Source of the DNA: Gemmatimonadota bacterium
Lineage (GTDB): Bacteria > Gemmatimonadota > Gemmatimonadetes > Palauibacterales > Palauibacteraceae
Direction of reading: 5' to 3'
Length of the DNA: 31,830 nt
NCBI GenBank assembly: GCA_039588275.1
Contig: JBDHAC010000038.1
Location: forward strand, 1-31,830
The notes under the pieces are model-generated. The model had not been told where the DNA came from, made no database searches, and saw nothing but the letters and a program-made list of their open reading frames with translations. Made by a program: the position numbers and the translations under genes. This document shows positions 20,944-29,965 of the stretch, in pieces; positions within the stretch are counted from its first letter, which is position 1; each line of letters starts with the position of its first letter.

Positions 20944-21458
20944 CACGGGACCCGCGTCATCCGGATCTCCAGCGTCTCTCCGTCCCAGCCCTGGATGCTT
21001 ACCACCAGGGTCTCCTCTTCCGGCCGCGCGTAGCTGAACGCCTTGGGCGTCCCCGCGAGCGGTTCACCGTCGAGGTTGTCGAAGAAGGCGTGCCGTCCCT
21101 CGAGTCTCGTCAAACGATAGGTCAGCGGTTTCTCCTCCCACGGCTCCCAGCCGGGGCCCACGTGCTTGAAGCGAAACAGGACATCCTCCCCCTGCTGCTC
21201 GATGAGCAAGAGCTCGAACACGCGGGCCACCCCACCGGACACGAGCCGAAAGACACCCGACATGGCGCCACCGGAAGGGGCGAACCAACCTTCCTCGGCG
21301 TGCCCGCCGAGCGCCTCGACGTCTCCTGCCCAATGTCCGGCGATCCAAGACAGATCCTCGATCGACGGGGAGCTGGTGTCCTGCGCGTGCCCCGCAGTCG
21401 AGACGAGCGACAGGGCGGCCGAGACGAGTAACGCGGCGGTCAAGGGTCGGGAGCGCAT
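20943..21458 (-). CDS. DUF6265-like secreted protein
   Basis: Signal peptide ending AGHA; LSWIAGHW, EEGW and GAMSG motifs. Confidence 0.75.
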   Translation of the reverse strand: MRSRPLTAALLVSAALSLVSTAGHAQDTSSPSIEDLSWIAGHWAGDVEALGGHAEEGWFAPSGGAMSGVFRLVSGGVARVFELLLIEQQGEDVLFRFKHVGPGWEPWEEKPLTYRLTRLEGRHAFFDNLDGEPLAGTPKAFSYARPEEETLVVSIQGWDGETLEIRMTRVP

Positions 21459-21595
21459 CCTGCTTCTCCTTCTCGGGTGTCGAGCGGGGCCTGGGTCCCG
21501 GGTCGAGATCGGGGCCTGTCGCGCTTCGGCCCAACGTGCAGCGCGGCGCGGAGGCCGTTGAGAATCTGGGCGTCGCGACCCATCTTCGCACCACC

Positions 21596-21952
21596 ATGAA
21601 AAAACTACTCATGACGTTGATCGTGATCGCGGCGGGGATCGTCGGCCTGGCCCTCGTGTTCACCGATATCGGACCGGGACGAACGGGGATGGCGCGCGGG
21701 GTGGTCGGGGCGGTGTTCTTCCTCCTCGTGGGTGGGCTGCTAGGCTGGCTGGCTTCGAGCGGCAAGCCCATGCGTTGGGCAGGTGCCACCGCGTGGGGCA
21801 TGATCCTGCTCGGGATCGTGGGTGCTTGGATCTCCGCGACCGATCCCGCATCGGGAGACTGGGGTCTCGCGCTCACCTTCCTTTTGGGCCCGCTTGTCTG
21901 TGCCCTGATCGGGGGGTGGCTGGGTGGGCGCCTGCATCGAGCGGCGACCTGA
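21596..21952 (+). CDS. Hypothetical 4-TM membrane protein
   Basis: MKKLL start; four Gly-rich hydrophobic segments. Confidence 0.65.
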   Translation: MKKLLMTLIVIAAGIVGLALVFTDIGPGRTGMARGVVGAVFFLLVGGLLGWLASSGKPMRWAGATAWGMILLGIVGAWISATDPASGDWGLALTFLLGPLVCALIGGWLGGRLHRAAT

Positions 21953-21986
21953 CTCCGCTCCCTGACGCCAAGCGTTGACTGACGCC

Positions 21987-22056
21987 GCTTACCGTCGGCC
22001 AGAGTCAGCCTCGTCCCGGCAGGTTGCTCACCGTCGGCCGGAGTCAGCGTCGTCCC
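21987..22056. repeat. 31-bp direct repeat, 2 copies, 39-bp period
   Basis: GCTTACCGTCGGCCAGAGTCAGCCTCGTCCC versus GCTCACCGTCGGCCGGAGTCAGCGTCGTCCC, 28/31 identical. Confidence 0.85.
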
Positions 22057-24521
22057 CCGGGCCGATCAGCTCCACCGGGGTCTGCGAGTTGTTCGAAGGT
22101 ACGGTTCAGAATCGGGTAGTGCGCCCAGTCTTCGTAGTCGAAGTGCCACCACTCGAAGTCGTATACGCGGAATCCCTCCGCCTCCATGGCGCGTCGCAAA
22201 AGCTCGCGGTGCCAGCGCTGTAACGAGGTCCCACCCACGTAGTCGGGGTAAGAACGCTCCGAGAACTCGTCGTAACCTCCCACCATGTCGACCGGCTCGC
22301 CGGTCGCGAGTCGGTACAGGGTGAGATCCACGGCGCCCCCGCGATTGTGGCGCGAGCCTTTTTCTGGATCGGCGACGAAGACCTTGTGCGCCGCGGGCGT
22401 GGCATCCCAGAACATCTTGGTCACGAACCAGGGGCGGTACGCATCGTGGATCATGAGCCCGTACCCCCGGTCGCGTAGCGCGCGATGGACCCTGACGAGT
22501 GCTTCCGCCGCCGGTCTCTGGAGGTAGGCGTGTGGCGACCGATAGAACGTCGCCCCCATGAAGTTGTTCGTGGTGGCGTATCGGATGTCGTACCGGATCG
22601 TCGGATCCAGGGCCCGCAGCTCCACCAGATCCGGAGTCCGGAACTCGCCTGACTCAGCGGGGGGTGTGGAGGCGAGGGCGTCGGCACGCAGCTCCTCGAC
22701 CGGACGAACGGGCGTGATCCGGTACGTCTCGCCCGCCGGTGTCCCCACGTTCCGGCGAGGGAACTGGATACCGGCCGCCACCACCCCGTCCGCGCGACCG
22801 TCCTCCCCGCCCCGGAAGACCAGACGCTCGCCGTGATACAGAGACGCGCCGGGGAACGCGAACGTATCGGGCGCGACCTCTTCGAGCCGGTCCATGTGGA
22901 TCCACTCGATCAACGCGTGGAGCCGGCCACCGTCCTCGTAAATGAACAGCGTGTTGTGATCCCATCCGTACTCGCCGATCAGACCGAGCCATCGCCGGGG
23001 CGCCAGTTGCGGCGGGCTCTCGCCCGCCCGTTCCAGGCGGGTGCCATCTCGCGCGACGAGCACGCCGTCTACGTAGCGGAGATAACCGCCCCAGCCGTGC
23101 CGGTCGTCGATGATGAGGGTGTCGCTGCGCGCCCGCAGGCGATACCGCCGGCCGCCGAGGATCGTGTACAGCTCCCCGTCACCGCGTGACGCTCCGCGAT
23201 CTTCGACCCGCAGCTCGAACCCATCCGCCGCGACCCAGCGACCGTGGAGGGTCCCGGCCAGATCTGGGGGCACACGGCCCGTCATGGACGCGTTGGGAAG
23301 GGGCTCCCCCGCTCGCGCCGCCAGCATCAGGCGAAGGGCGTAGTCCGTGATGCGGTCGGTGACCGTGTTCGCCACGTCCATGGTGGCGACCGCCGCGGCC
23401 CCCAACGCCAGATCCGGGAGAAAGCCGAGCTGGGTGGCGAACCCGTAGACCGCGCCCCCGTGTCCCGCGTACCGGTGTCCGTCCAGCTTCCCGATCGAGA
23501 AGCCGATCCCGTACCCGGTCTCCGCGTCGGGAGGCGCGAACTGGGGCGTGAGCATGGCAGCCAGGGTGCGCTCGGAGACCAACTCACCGCGCTCGCCCCG
23601 TCCCCCGGCGAACAGGGCCTTCAGAAACCTTCCGAGGTCGGTGACGGGCGCGTACATGCTCCCCGCGGGAGCCATCCCCAGCTCGAAGGTGGGTGCCTCG
23701 AAGGTGCGGCCGTCGTAGCTCCACATCGTGGCACGCGCGAGATCGCCAACGACGTCGGAGCGGGGCTTGAACGAGCTGTGGTCCATGCCCAGCGGCTCGA
23801 GCACGGCGCGCCGCAGGTATTCCGCGAACGGCTCGCCCGATCTCTCCTCCAGGACGTACCCGACCACCGCGATCCCGGCGTTCGAATACTTCGTCTCGGT
23901 CTCGGGCTCGTAGACGCGCTCGGTCTCGTTGAGGCTAAGGACCGTGGCGGCTAGCGACGGTTCGGTGTCGTCGAAGTAATGCCCGACCGGCGGCTCCCGG
24001 ACGAGCCCGGACCGATGCGAGGTAAGCTGCCGCAGCGTGGGCGGCTCGTCGTAGCCACCCGGCCGAAACTCGGGGAGGTAGTCCGTGACGGGTACGTCGA
24101 GATCCAGCTCGCCGCGCTCCACCAGCTGCATGACGGCGAGGTCCGTGAACAGCTTCGAGACCGACCCGATGCGGTACACGGTCGAGGCTGTCGCCGGTAC
24201 GCTGTCGGCGGGGTCTGCCCACCCGAAGCCTCGCGCCCAAACGACCTCCTGATCATCGACAAGGACTACCGAAAGCGCGGGGAGCTGCTTGTCCGCCATT
24301 TCGTGCTCGATGAACGCGGCGAGCTTCGCGGTAGCGGCCGCGTAGTCCGGCCGGGGCGAGATCTCCGTCGCGACCGACTCCGGGCGCACCGCCGGCTCGG
24401 CGCACCCGGCCAGCAGCGTGACGGCCAGCAGCGCGACGGCCAACAGCACGACCCACGCATGAGCTCGGGAAAGGGCGGCGGTTGCCAGGCGCTGGTGACC
24501 TTCGCGGGGTCCGCTCTTCAC
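22044..24521 (-). CDS. Lipoprotein: beta-lactamase-family serine hydrolase fused to a D-Ala-D-Ala dipeptidase (M15D, VanX/DdpX-like)
   Basis: Lipobox LAGC; SVSK, YSN and HGG motifs; C-terminal DAYRP, SRHNRGGAVDLTL and EWWHF motifs. Confidence 0.9.
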   Translation of the reverse strand: MKSGPREGHQRLATAALSRAHAWVVLLAVALLAVTLLAGCAEPAVRPESVATEISPRPDYAAATAKLAAFIEHEMADKQLPALSVVLVDDQEVVWARGFGWADPADSVPATASTVYRIGSVSKLFTDLAVMQLVERGELDLDVPVTDYLPEFRPGGYDEPPTLRQLTSHRSGLVREPPVGHYFDDTEPSLAATVLSLNETERVYEPETETKYSNAGIAVVGYVLEERSGEPFAEYLRRAVLEPLGMDHSSFKPRSDVVGDLARATMWSYDGRTFEAPTFELGMAPAGSMYAPVTDLGRFLKALFAGGRGERGELVSERTLAAMLTPQFAPPDAETGYGIGFSIGKLDGHRYAGHGGAVYGFATQLGFLPDLALGAAAVATMDVANTVTDRITDYALRLMLAARAGEPLPNASMTGRVPPDLAGTLHGRWVAADGFELRVEDRGASRGDGELYTILGGRRYRLRARSDTLIIDDRHGWGGYLRYVDGVLVARDGTRLERAGESPPQLAPRRWLGLIGEYGWDHNTLFIYEDGGRLHALIEWIHMDRLEEVAPDTFAFPGASLYHGERLVFRGGEDGRADGVVAAGIQFPRRNVGTPAGETYRITPVRPVEELRADALASTPPAESGEFRTPDLVELRALDPTIRYDIRYATTNNFMGATFYRSPHAYLQRPAAEALVRVHRALRDRGYGLMIHDAYRPWFVTKMFWDATPAAHKVFVADPEKGSRHNRGGAVDLTLYRLATGEPVDMVGGYDEFSERSYPDYVGGTSLQRWHRELLRRAMEAEGFRVYDFEWWHFDYEDWAHYPILNRTFEQLADPGGADRPGGRR

Positions 24522-25156
24522 GTCCCGGACCCTCCATTGCCTCGCCGCGCGACTCCCCGGTACACCTCCCCGAACGCGCGGGGGACGTTGGGGACGACGA
24601 ATCGCTCGAGCGACAGGATCACCAACCCCGCCGCCTCCAGCTCCTTGTCGATTCGACGGTTCAGGTTACACCCGCAGGAGACCACGTTCTGAACGGGATT
24701 CAACAGGTTCTGGATCCGCGCGGTCGCAGGCTGGTCGCTCAGGCCGTGCTCCATGAACAGGAATCGTCCCGCCGGCCCGAGCACGCGGCGGATCTCGGCG
24801 AGCGCGGTCTGAAGTCCTTCGACGGAGCACAGGGTCCAGGTGCTCACCACCGTGTCGAACGTCGAGTCCTCGAACGGCATGCGCTCGGCGGCGTCGCGCT
24901 GCAGCACCTCGACCGGAACCGGTGAGTGCCGGAGGCGGCGGCGCACCCGCGCCGAGAGCGAGCGGGAGGAGTCCATGAGGACGAGCTTCTCTACGGCCGG
25001 GGGATAATACGGGAGGTTGAGACCGGTCCCGAACCCGATCTCGAGCACGAGGCCGCGCGCCTCTTCGAGCGCGTGGGTTCGCAGGACCGGGTGCGGTCCG
25101 CCGCTGAGCGCTCGATCCATGAGCCGCGGGAAGATATGGTCGGTGTACAACCCCAT
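24518..25156 (-). CDS. Class I SAM-dependent methyltransferase
   Basis: VLEIGFGTG, FDTVVSTWTLCSV and FMEHG motifs; GTGA overlap with the downstream gene. Confidence 0.9.
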   Translation of the reverse strand: MGLYTDHIFPRLMDRALSGGPHPVLRTHALEEARGLVLEIGFGTGLNLPYYPPAVEKLVLMDSSRSLSARVRRRLRHSPVPVEVLQRDAAERMPFEDSTFDTVVSTWTLCSVEGLQTALAEIRRVLGPAGRFLFMEHGLSDQPATARIQNLLNPVQNVVSCGCNLNRRIDKELEAAGLVILSLERFVVPNVPRAFGEVYRGVARRGNGGSGT

Positions 25157-25322
25157 CGATGCCTCGCACAGCGTGACGCCTCCAGCCCGAGCCCGGTCTG
25201 CAGGGCAGGGGGGGTGAAGAAAGGTAGTACGGCGACGGTTTGGCCCGCACGCCGAGCCGAAACCGGCATCGTGATGCCCGCGTAAAGTCAGCAGGCAGGA
25301 GGACACGCTGAGAACCGATCAC

Positions 25323-27860
25323 ATGCAGTCGCAGGCGGGGGTGTACCCGCAGGTGGGGGCACCGTCGCGGACGGGGGTGCGGCCACCGTCGCGGGCACGG
25401 CGCGTCCGATGGAAGCGGTCCCTACCCCGGAATCACGCAGCCGGACTCGTCGTCCTGGGCGCGACCCTGATCGGCGTGGATCCGGCTTTCGGACAGGACC
25501 CCGCCGAAGCCCCTCAGCGCCCCCCCGACGCACGCCAGGAACCCCTCGACGCGTACGCCGATTCGCAGGTTCAGGAGCTGATGTCCAGGGCCCGCGCCGC
25601 GCGGGCGGTCCGCGCCGAGGGCCTCACGAGCTTCGAGCTCACGTTCAGGGAGCGTCTGTACGCCGGTCTGAGCGGCGACGTGATCCGACGCGAACGGGCC
25701 ATGTACCACCAGGAGCGAGCGGCCCGTGTGCACTGGCAAGCGAACGGAGATCGTATTGTCCGCTGGCTGGGGTTGCGGCGCGGCGTCCCGATCGTGGGCA
25801 TACGCGTCGAAGTGGATGAGGACCCGGCGGACGACGACGGATTCGACCTGGATTTCGATTTCCTGGATCCCAGCGAGGATCGGATCTTCCTCGGTAGCGA
25901 TTGGGCGCTGCACCCGCTCGCGGACACGGCGGCGCTTCACTACCAGTATCGCTCGGGAGACACGCTCCGCATCCGCCTTCCGGGTGCCGAGCGGACCGTA
26001 ACGCTCGTCGAAGCGATCGTCGAGCCCCGCGAGGCCCGCTTCGACCGAATCGTCGCCTCCCTGTGGTTTGACGACGCGACGGCCGTGCTGGCGCGGGCGG
26101 TGTATCGCCCCGCGCGCGACTACGATTTCCTCGAGGAGGAGCCGGAGGACGCGGAGGAGGTCCCGGGATTCCTCCGACCCATCAAGGCCTCCATCGCGTA
26201 CATCACCGTCGACTACGGCTTTCAGGAGCTGAAATGGTGGCTTCCGAACCGGATGGCGTTCGATGGGACCGCCATCATCGGCGGTCTCGCCCGCATGCCG
26301 ATGCGGCTCGAATGGAGCTTCGAGGATTACGCGGTTGACGCCCCAACGACGCTGGATCCGGGGGAAGACGCGCTGCCCGAGGGCTGGGTGAGGGTCGTCC
26401 GCTCTTCGGATAAGGACGAAGATCCTGGGGACTGGGACGACGAGCTGGGCGAAGCGGCGGGTGAGGCCGTTCAGGTGTCGGATCAACCTGGTGGCCGAGC
26501 TCGACCCCGTGGGGTGGTGAGACGCCCGCCGAGTCCCGACTCGGTCGACGCGCCCCCGCGGGCACCGGCGGATTCGGTGGCCGCGGCCGCGGAACCTGCG
26601 GAGGCCGAGGAGCCTGCGGACGTCGAGGAGCCCGCCGACGCCGACGTGCCCGCGGACGCCGAGCCCGAGCCGCGTTCGACGATCGTGGTGATCATCCCGC
26701 CCGAGGACTCCCTCCTTCGATCGCCGGAACTGCCGGAGCCTCTGTTCTCGGGTCGTATCGACGCGTTCACGGCCGAGGAGCTGGATGAGCTCAAGGGCCG
26801 GTTGGCCGGACTCCGCGCGCCAGCGGAGGACCTGCCGCCACCCCGACTCGCCTGGGGGCTGTCGCCGGGCTTGATCCGTTTCAACCGTGTCGAGGGATTC
26901 AGCCCGGGCGCGCGCTTTTCGATACCTACGGGTGCCGTAACGCGCTTCGAGACCACTCTCCGGATCGGCGTCCCCGAGTGGGAGCCACACGGGGAGCTCC
27001 GCCTGATCCGGGAGACGGCGGGCGGGACGCTCGGCTTGGGAATCTACCGCAGGCTGACCGATCCCGGTGACTGGGGCCGTCCGCTGAGCCTGGGCAACTC
27101 CCTCAACACGCTCCTGTTCGGATACGACTACGGCGTCTACTTCCGAGAGACCGGGGTCGAGCTGTTCGGGAGCCGCACCGGGGCCCGCACCCGTTGGGAA
27201 GGGAAGCTATTCGCCGAGCGGCACCAGAACGCACCCAAGACGACGGACGCGTCCCTACCGCACCTGATCGACGACTATCTGTTGCCGGAGAACATCGAGT
27301 CGATGCGTGGAGAAATCGTGGGGGTGAGCGGTCGCGTCCGCGCCTTCAGCGGGGTCGACCCGACTGGCCCGATCGCGAGCGGCACGGTGTGGGGGGAAGC
27401 CGCGACCGGCGATTTCGACTACGGACGCCTGGCCGTTTCGGCGGCCCTCGCCACGCCCCTCTTGGGCCGGCTGACAGGGGGGCTCGAGATCGGTAGCGGC
27501 ACCACGTTCGGTACGCCCCCCACCCAGCGCCTCTATCACCTGGGAGGTCCGGGCACGCTGCGCGGCTTCGAAGTCGCCTCGGCCTCGGGCGAGGCGTTCT
27601 GGATGGCGCGCGCGGAGCTGGGCTTCGGCTTCAAGGTCTCGCCCGCGGAATACAGTCCGATTGGTGGTGCCATCCGCGTGATCCTCTTCGGGGACGCCGT
27701 CTGGGCCGGCCTGAGGGACGAGTTCGGGAACGATGACTACAAGATCGGCGTAGGGGCTGGTGCTTCCTTCATGGATGGGCTGCTTCGCTTCGACATCGCC
27801 CATGGAGTCCGAGGCGGGGATGAGTGGAGGGTCCACATCTACACAGACGGGTTGCTGTAA
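25323..27860 (+). CDS. Outer-membrane protein with C-terminal Omp85/BamA-TamA-like beta-barrel
   Basis: Signal-like segment; RFNRVEG, LGGPGTLRGF loop motif, terminal GLLRFDIA...HIYTDGLL strands. Start uncertain. Confidence 0.7.
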   Translation: MQSQAGVYPQVGAPSRTGVRPPSRARRVRWKRSLPRNHAAGLVVLGATLIGVDPAFGQDPAEAPQRPPDARQEPLDAYADSQVQELMSRARAARAVRAEGLTSFELTFRERLYAGLSGDVIRRERAMYHQERAARVHWQANGDRIVRWLGLRRGVPIVGIRVEVDEDPADDDGFDLDFDFLDPSEDRIFLGSDWALHPLADTAALHYQYRSGDTLRIRLPGAERTVTLVEAIVEPREARFDRIVASLWFDDATAVLARAVYRPARDYDFLEEEPEDAEEVPGFLRPIKASIAYITVDYGFQELKWWLPNRMAFDGTAIIGGLARMPMRLEWSFEDYAVDAPTTLDPGEDALPEGWVRVVRSSDKDEDPGDWDDELGEAAGEAVQVSDQPGGRARPRGVVRRPPSPDSVDAPPRAPADSVAAAAEPAEAEEPADVEEPADADVPADAEPEPRSTIVVIIPPEDSLLRSPELPEPLFSGRIDAFTAEELDELKGRLAGLRAPAEDLPPPRLAWGLSPGLIRFNRVEGFSPGARFSIPTGAVTRFETTLRIGVPEWEPHGELRLIRETAGGTLGLGIYRRLTDPGDWGRPLSLGNSLNTLLFGYDYGVYFRETGVELFGSRTGARTRWEGKLFAERHQNAPKTTDASLPHLIDDYLLPENIESMRGEIVGVSGRVRAFSGVDPTGPIASGTVWGEAATGDFDYGRLAVSAALATPLLGRLTGGLEIGSGTTFGTPPTQRLYHLGGPGTLRGFEVASASGEAFWMARAELGFGFKVSPAEYSPIGGAIRVILFGDAVWAGLRDEFGNDDYKIGVGAGASFMDGLLRFDIAHGVRGGDEWRVHIYTDGLL
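26592..26663 (+). repeat. In-frame 18-bp degenerate tandem repeat x4 (EPAEAE EPADVE EPADAD VPADAE)
   Basis: Seen directly in the acidic Pro/Ala linker of the outer-membrane protein. Confidence 0.75.
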
Positions 27861-28061
27861 GACGGGCCGCTCTGGAACGAGCTGCTGTTGGACGGGATCC
27901 CTGGGATCGGCGACGCGCGAAGAGCCGAAGCAACTCTCGGGTGCTCTGCGGCATCAACTCTTGTACTGCGGACTCCTGCGGATCGCGCCGCTGACACCTC
28001 CGGATTGCGCAACGGACGGCTGGAATGCAGAGTTCCCAGCCTTCCACACGAGACGAGGCAC

Positions 28062-28865
28062 ATGGCACGAAGCACTGGCGGCAAGAACAAGCGCAACGCG
28101 CGCGCGAAGGTGAAGGACGCGTCGAAGACGGATGCCCCGTCCGAAACGGGCGATGCGAAGGGGCACCCACGGCCTGATCGCTGGACCAGCGCGTGGCTCG
28201 TGGACTGGGCGAAGACACTCGTCTTCGCGCTCGTCATCTTCCTCTTCCTCCGGAGCTTCGTGCTCGAGTCCTTCGTGATCACGTCCGGGTCGATGGTTAA
28301 CACGCTCCTGGTGGGCGATTTCCTCCTCGTCAACAAGGTCGTGCTCGGCTCGCCCGTCCCGGGAACGGCGGTGCGGGTGCCCGGATATGGCCAGCCCAAT
28401 CGGTGGGACATCGTCGTGTTTCGCGCGGACCACGCGCCCGGCCTGGATATCGTGAAGCGCGTCGTGGGCCTCCCGGGGGACACGATCGGGATGATCGACG
28501 GGGTCTTGCACCTGAACGGCGAGCCGCAGGAGGAGCCGTGGGTCGAGCACGATCCGCGCGTCCCGGACGACGGGGCGCCCGATATGGCGTGGCAGGTAGG
28601 GGTTCTCGCTCCGGGTGTCGATCGCGGCAGCTATCGGCCGACGCGCGACAACTGGGGGCCGTTGGTGATACCGGAAGAGCGCTACTTCATGATGGGGGAC
28701 AACCGCGAGCACAGCCTGGATTCGCGGTACTGGGGCCTGGTGGAGCGGGGCAAGATGAAGGGGAAGCCGTTCTTCGTGTACTACTCGTACGATCGCGACG
28801 CGCTCAAGCCGGTTCCGTTCCTCACAGCCCTCCGCTTCGGGCGGATCGGGCCGTCACCGCACTAG
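28062..28865 (+). CDS. lepB: Signal peptidase I
   Basis: GAGG SD; TM segment, SGSMVNTLLVGD (catalytic Ser), IVKRVVGLPGD (Lys), MGDNREHSLDSRYWG. Confidence 0.95.
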   Translation: MARSTGGKNKRNARAKVKDASKTDAPSETGDAKGHPRPDRWTSAWLVDWAKTLVFALVIFLFLRSFVLESFVITSGSMVNTLLVGDFLLVNKVVLGSPVPGTAVRVPGYGQPNRWDIVVFRADHAPGLDIVKRVVGLPGDTIGMIDGVLHLNGEPQEEPWVEHDPRVPDDGAPDMAWQVGVLAPGVDRGSYRPTRDNWGPLVIPEERYFMMGDNREHSLDSRYWGLVERGKMKGKPFFVYYSYDRDALKPVPFLTALRFGRIGPSPH

Positions 28866-28964
28866 CTCATCCGCCTCCCGGGAACCTGCTGACGTACGGA
28901 CGCGCCAGGAACCGGCACGCTCGGGCGTCTACTCGCGCCCGCGGCACGGAGAGTCGGCAAGCAC

Positions 28965-29033
28965 CTAGATCTTGATCTTCTTGAGCAAGCGGCGCACGAT
29001 CTCCAGGACCACCAGGATGGCGACTCTGCGCAC
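28965..29033 (-). CDS. Putative 22-aa cationic amphipathic peptide MRRVAILVVLEIVRRLLKKIKI
   Basis: AAAGGAG SD (29045-29039) 5 nt before GTG; TAG stop; nearly all codons end in G/C like host genes. Below the size range of the ORF track. Confidence 0.65.
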   Translation of the reverse strand: MRRVAILVVLEIVRRLLKKIKI

Positions 29034-29264
29034 GGGCTCTCCTTTCAGCTAAGCCTGATTCCAGGCTCAATATGCATCATCGGCGAACAGCCGAATAGCT
29101 CTCGATCTCTCCGACCCAGCGTACGCGGCCGGATCGAGCGGGGTTTCAGCTGAGAACGTGTAGGGTCCCAACCGAGTCGCGTGGGGATTTAGCCGAGTCG
29201 CGCCGGGCCGCGAAATCCCGCATCTTTCGAGCCGTATCTAGGGCGGTCACTCGGGCCACACCTC

Positions 29265-29347
29265 GGAGGGGTGGCAGAACGGCTAATGCACCGGTCTTGA
29301 AAACCGGCGCCCGTAAGGGCTTGCGGGTTCGAATCCCGCCCCCTCCG
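29265..29347 (+). tRNA. tRNA-Ser(TGA); CCA not encoded
   Basis: Acceptor stem GGAGGGG/CCCCTCC, anticodon arm CCGGT-CTTGAAA-ACCGG, long variable arm GCCC-GTAA-GGGC, T-loop TTCGAAT, discriminator G. Confidence 0.97.
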
Positions 29348-29703
29348 CTTTATTTGACAACGACTCGGGATTTGCGCCGGCCGCTTCGTGGTCACGCCCC
29401 ACCCCCGTGCCGGGCAAAACGGCCTTCCAGGTCACACTTCAGGCTACATGTCTCTGTAAATCGTTGCTGTACAAGGCGTGGCGCTGGTTTACTGAACCGG
29501 TACACCGTCCGGGAATGTGCCAGGGCACCCACGCGAATGGACATCGGGCCCGCCGCGGGCCGGGGGGGTCCGCAGCGCCCCTCCCCGGCTGGGTCTGGGA
29601 CGCACGAGACGGCTGCGTAGCCTCGGTCGGACCCGCTTTAGCTCCCTCCGCGCTCGCGCCGCCGGCGACGCGACAGGTTCCGGGCGGTGCCGTGTCGAAG
29701 CCC

Positions 29704-29751
29704 CCTCTTGCCGAACGCCTCTTGCCGGTGCGTGGGCGGGCCTGGTAAACT
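29704..29751 (+). promoter_or_regulatory. Sigma70-type promoter candidate with a direct repeat over the -35
   Basis: TTGCCG (29722-29727), 18 bp, then TAAACT (29746-29751) with extended TG. CCTCTTGCCG is repeated at 29704 and 29718. Confidence 0.5.
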
Positions 29752-29755
29752 GCAA

Positions 29756-29965
29756 GAGTTGGTGGGTTGTGACTCGGGGCGGAAGTAGTCTTTGGGCGGG
29801 TCTCGGGCATGAGCAGCAGGATCCCACGCTGTGTACGTCCTGAGTGGTTTGCCTCTCGTGTAGCTTTCCATCCGCCCCGTACTCGGCTCACGCGTAACCC
29901 AAGCAACTCACTCAGCCACGAGAAGTAACAGAGGCGCGCGACCCTGTCGGTTGCGTGCCTTTTTT
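29756..29965 (+). ncRNA. Candidate structured RNA / attenuator leader upstream of the Flp pilin
   Basis: Seven nested stems with a central bubble; G-U pairs work only on the + strand; bounded by the promoter candidate and an intrinsic terminator. Confidence 0.55.
29932..29965 (+). terminator. Intrinsic terminator
   Basis: AGGCGCGCGACC-CTGTC-GGTTGCGTGCCT, a 12-bp stem with 2 G-U pairs, followed by TTTTT. Confidence 0.8.

Noticed and set aside
21987..22056. Mini CRISPR array
   Set aside because: Only two imperfect copies with an 8-bp gap, overlapping a stop codon, and no cas genes.
29265..29347. Selenocysteine or suppressor tRNA because of 'TGA'
   Set aside because: Anticodon TGA reads TCA (Ser). 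tRNA-Sec has anticodon TCA and a longer acceptor stem.
29410..29445. c-di-GMP-I (GEMM) riboswitch starting GGGCAAAAC
   Set aside because: It lacks the GNRA tetraloop and the GACGCAAA junction.
29439..29906. Track ORFs between the tRNA and flp
   Set aside because: No convincing SD or protein-like composition; the region is better explained as a promoter plus structured RNA.
29756..29909. SRP RNA or retron msr-msd identity for the long hairpin
   Set aside because: No SRP domain IV motif (CAGG...GNRA...AGCAG) and no reverse transcriptase in the window.
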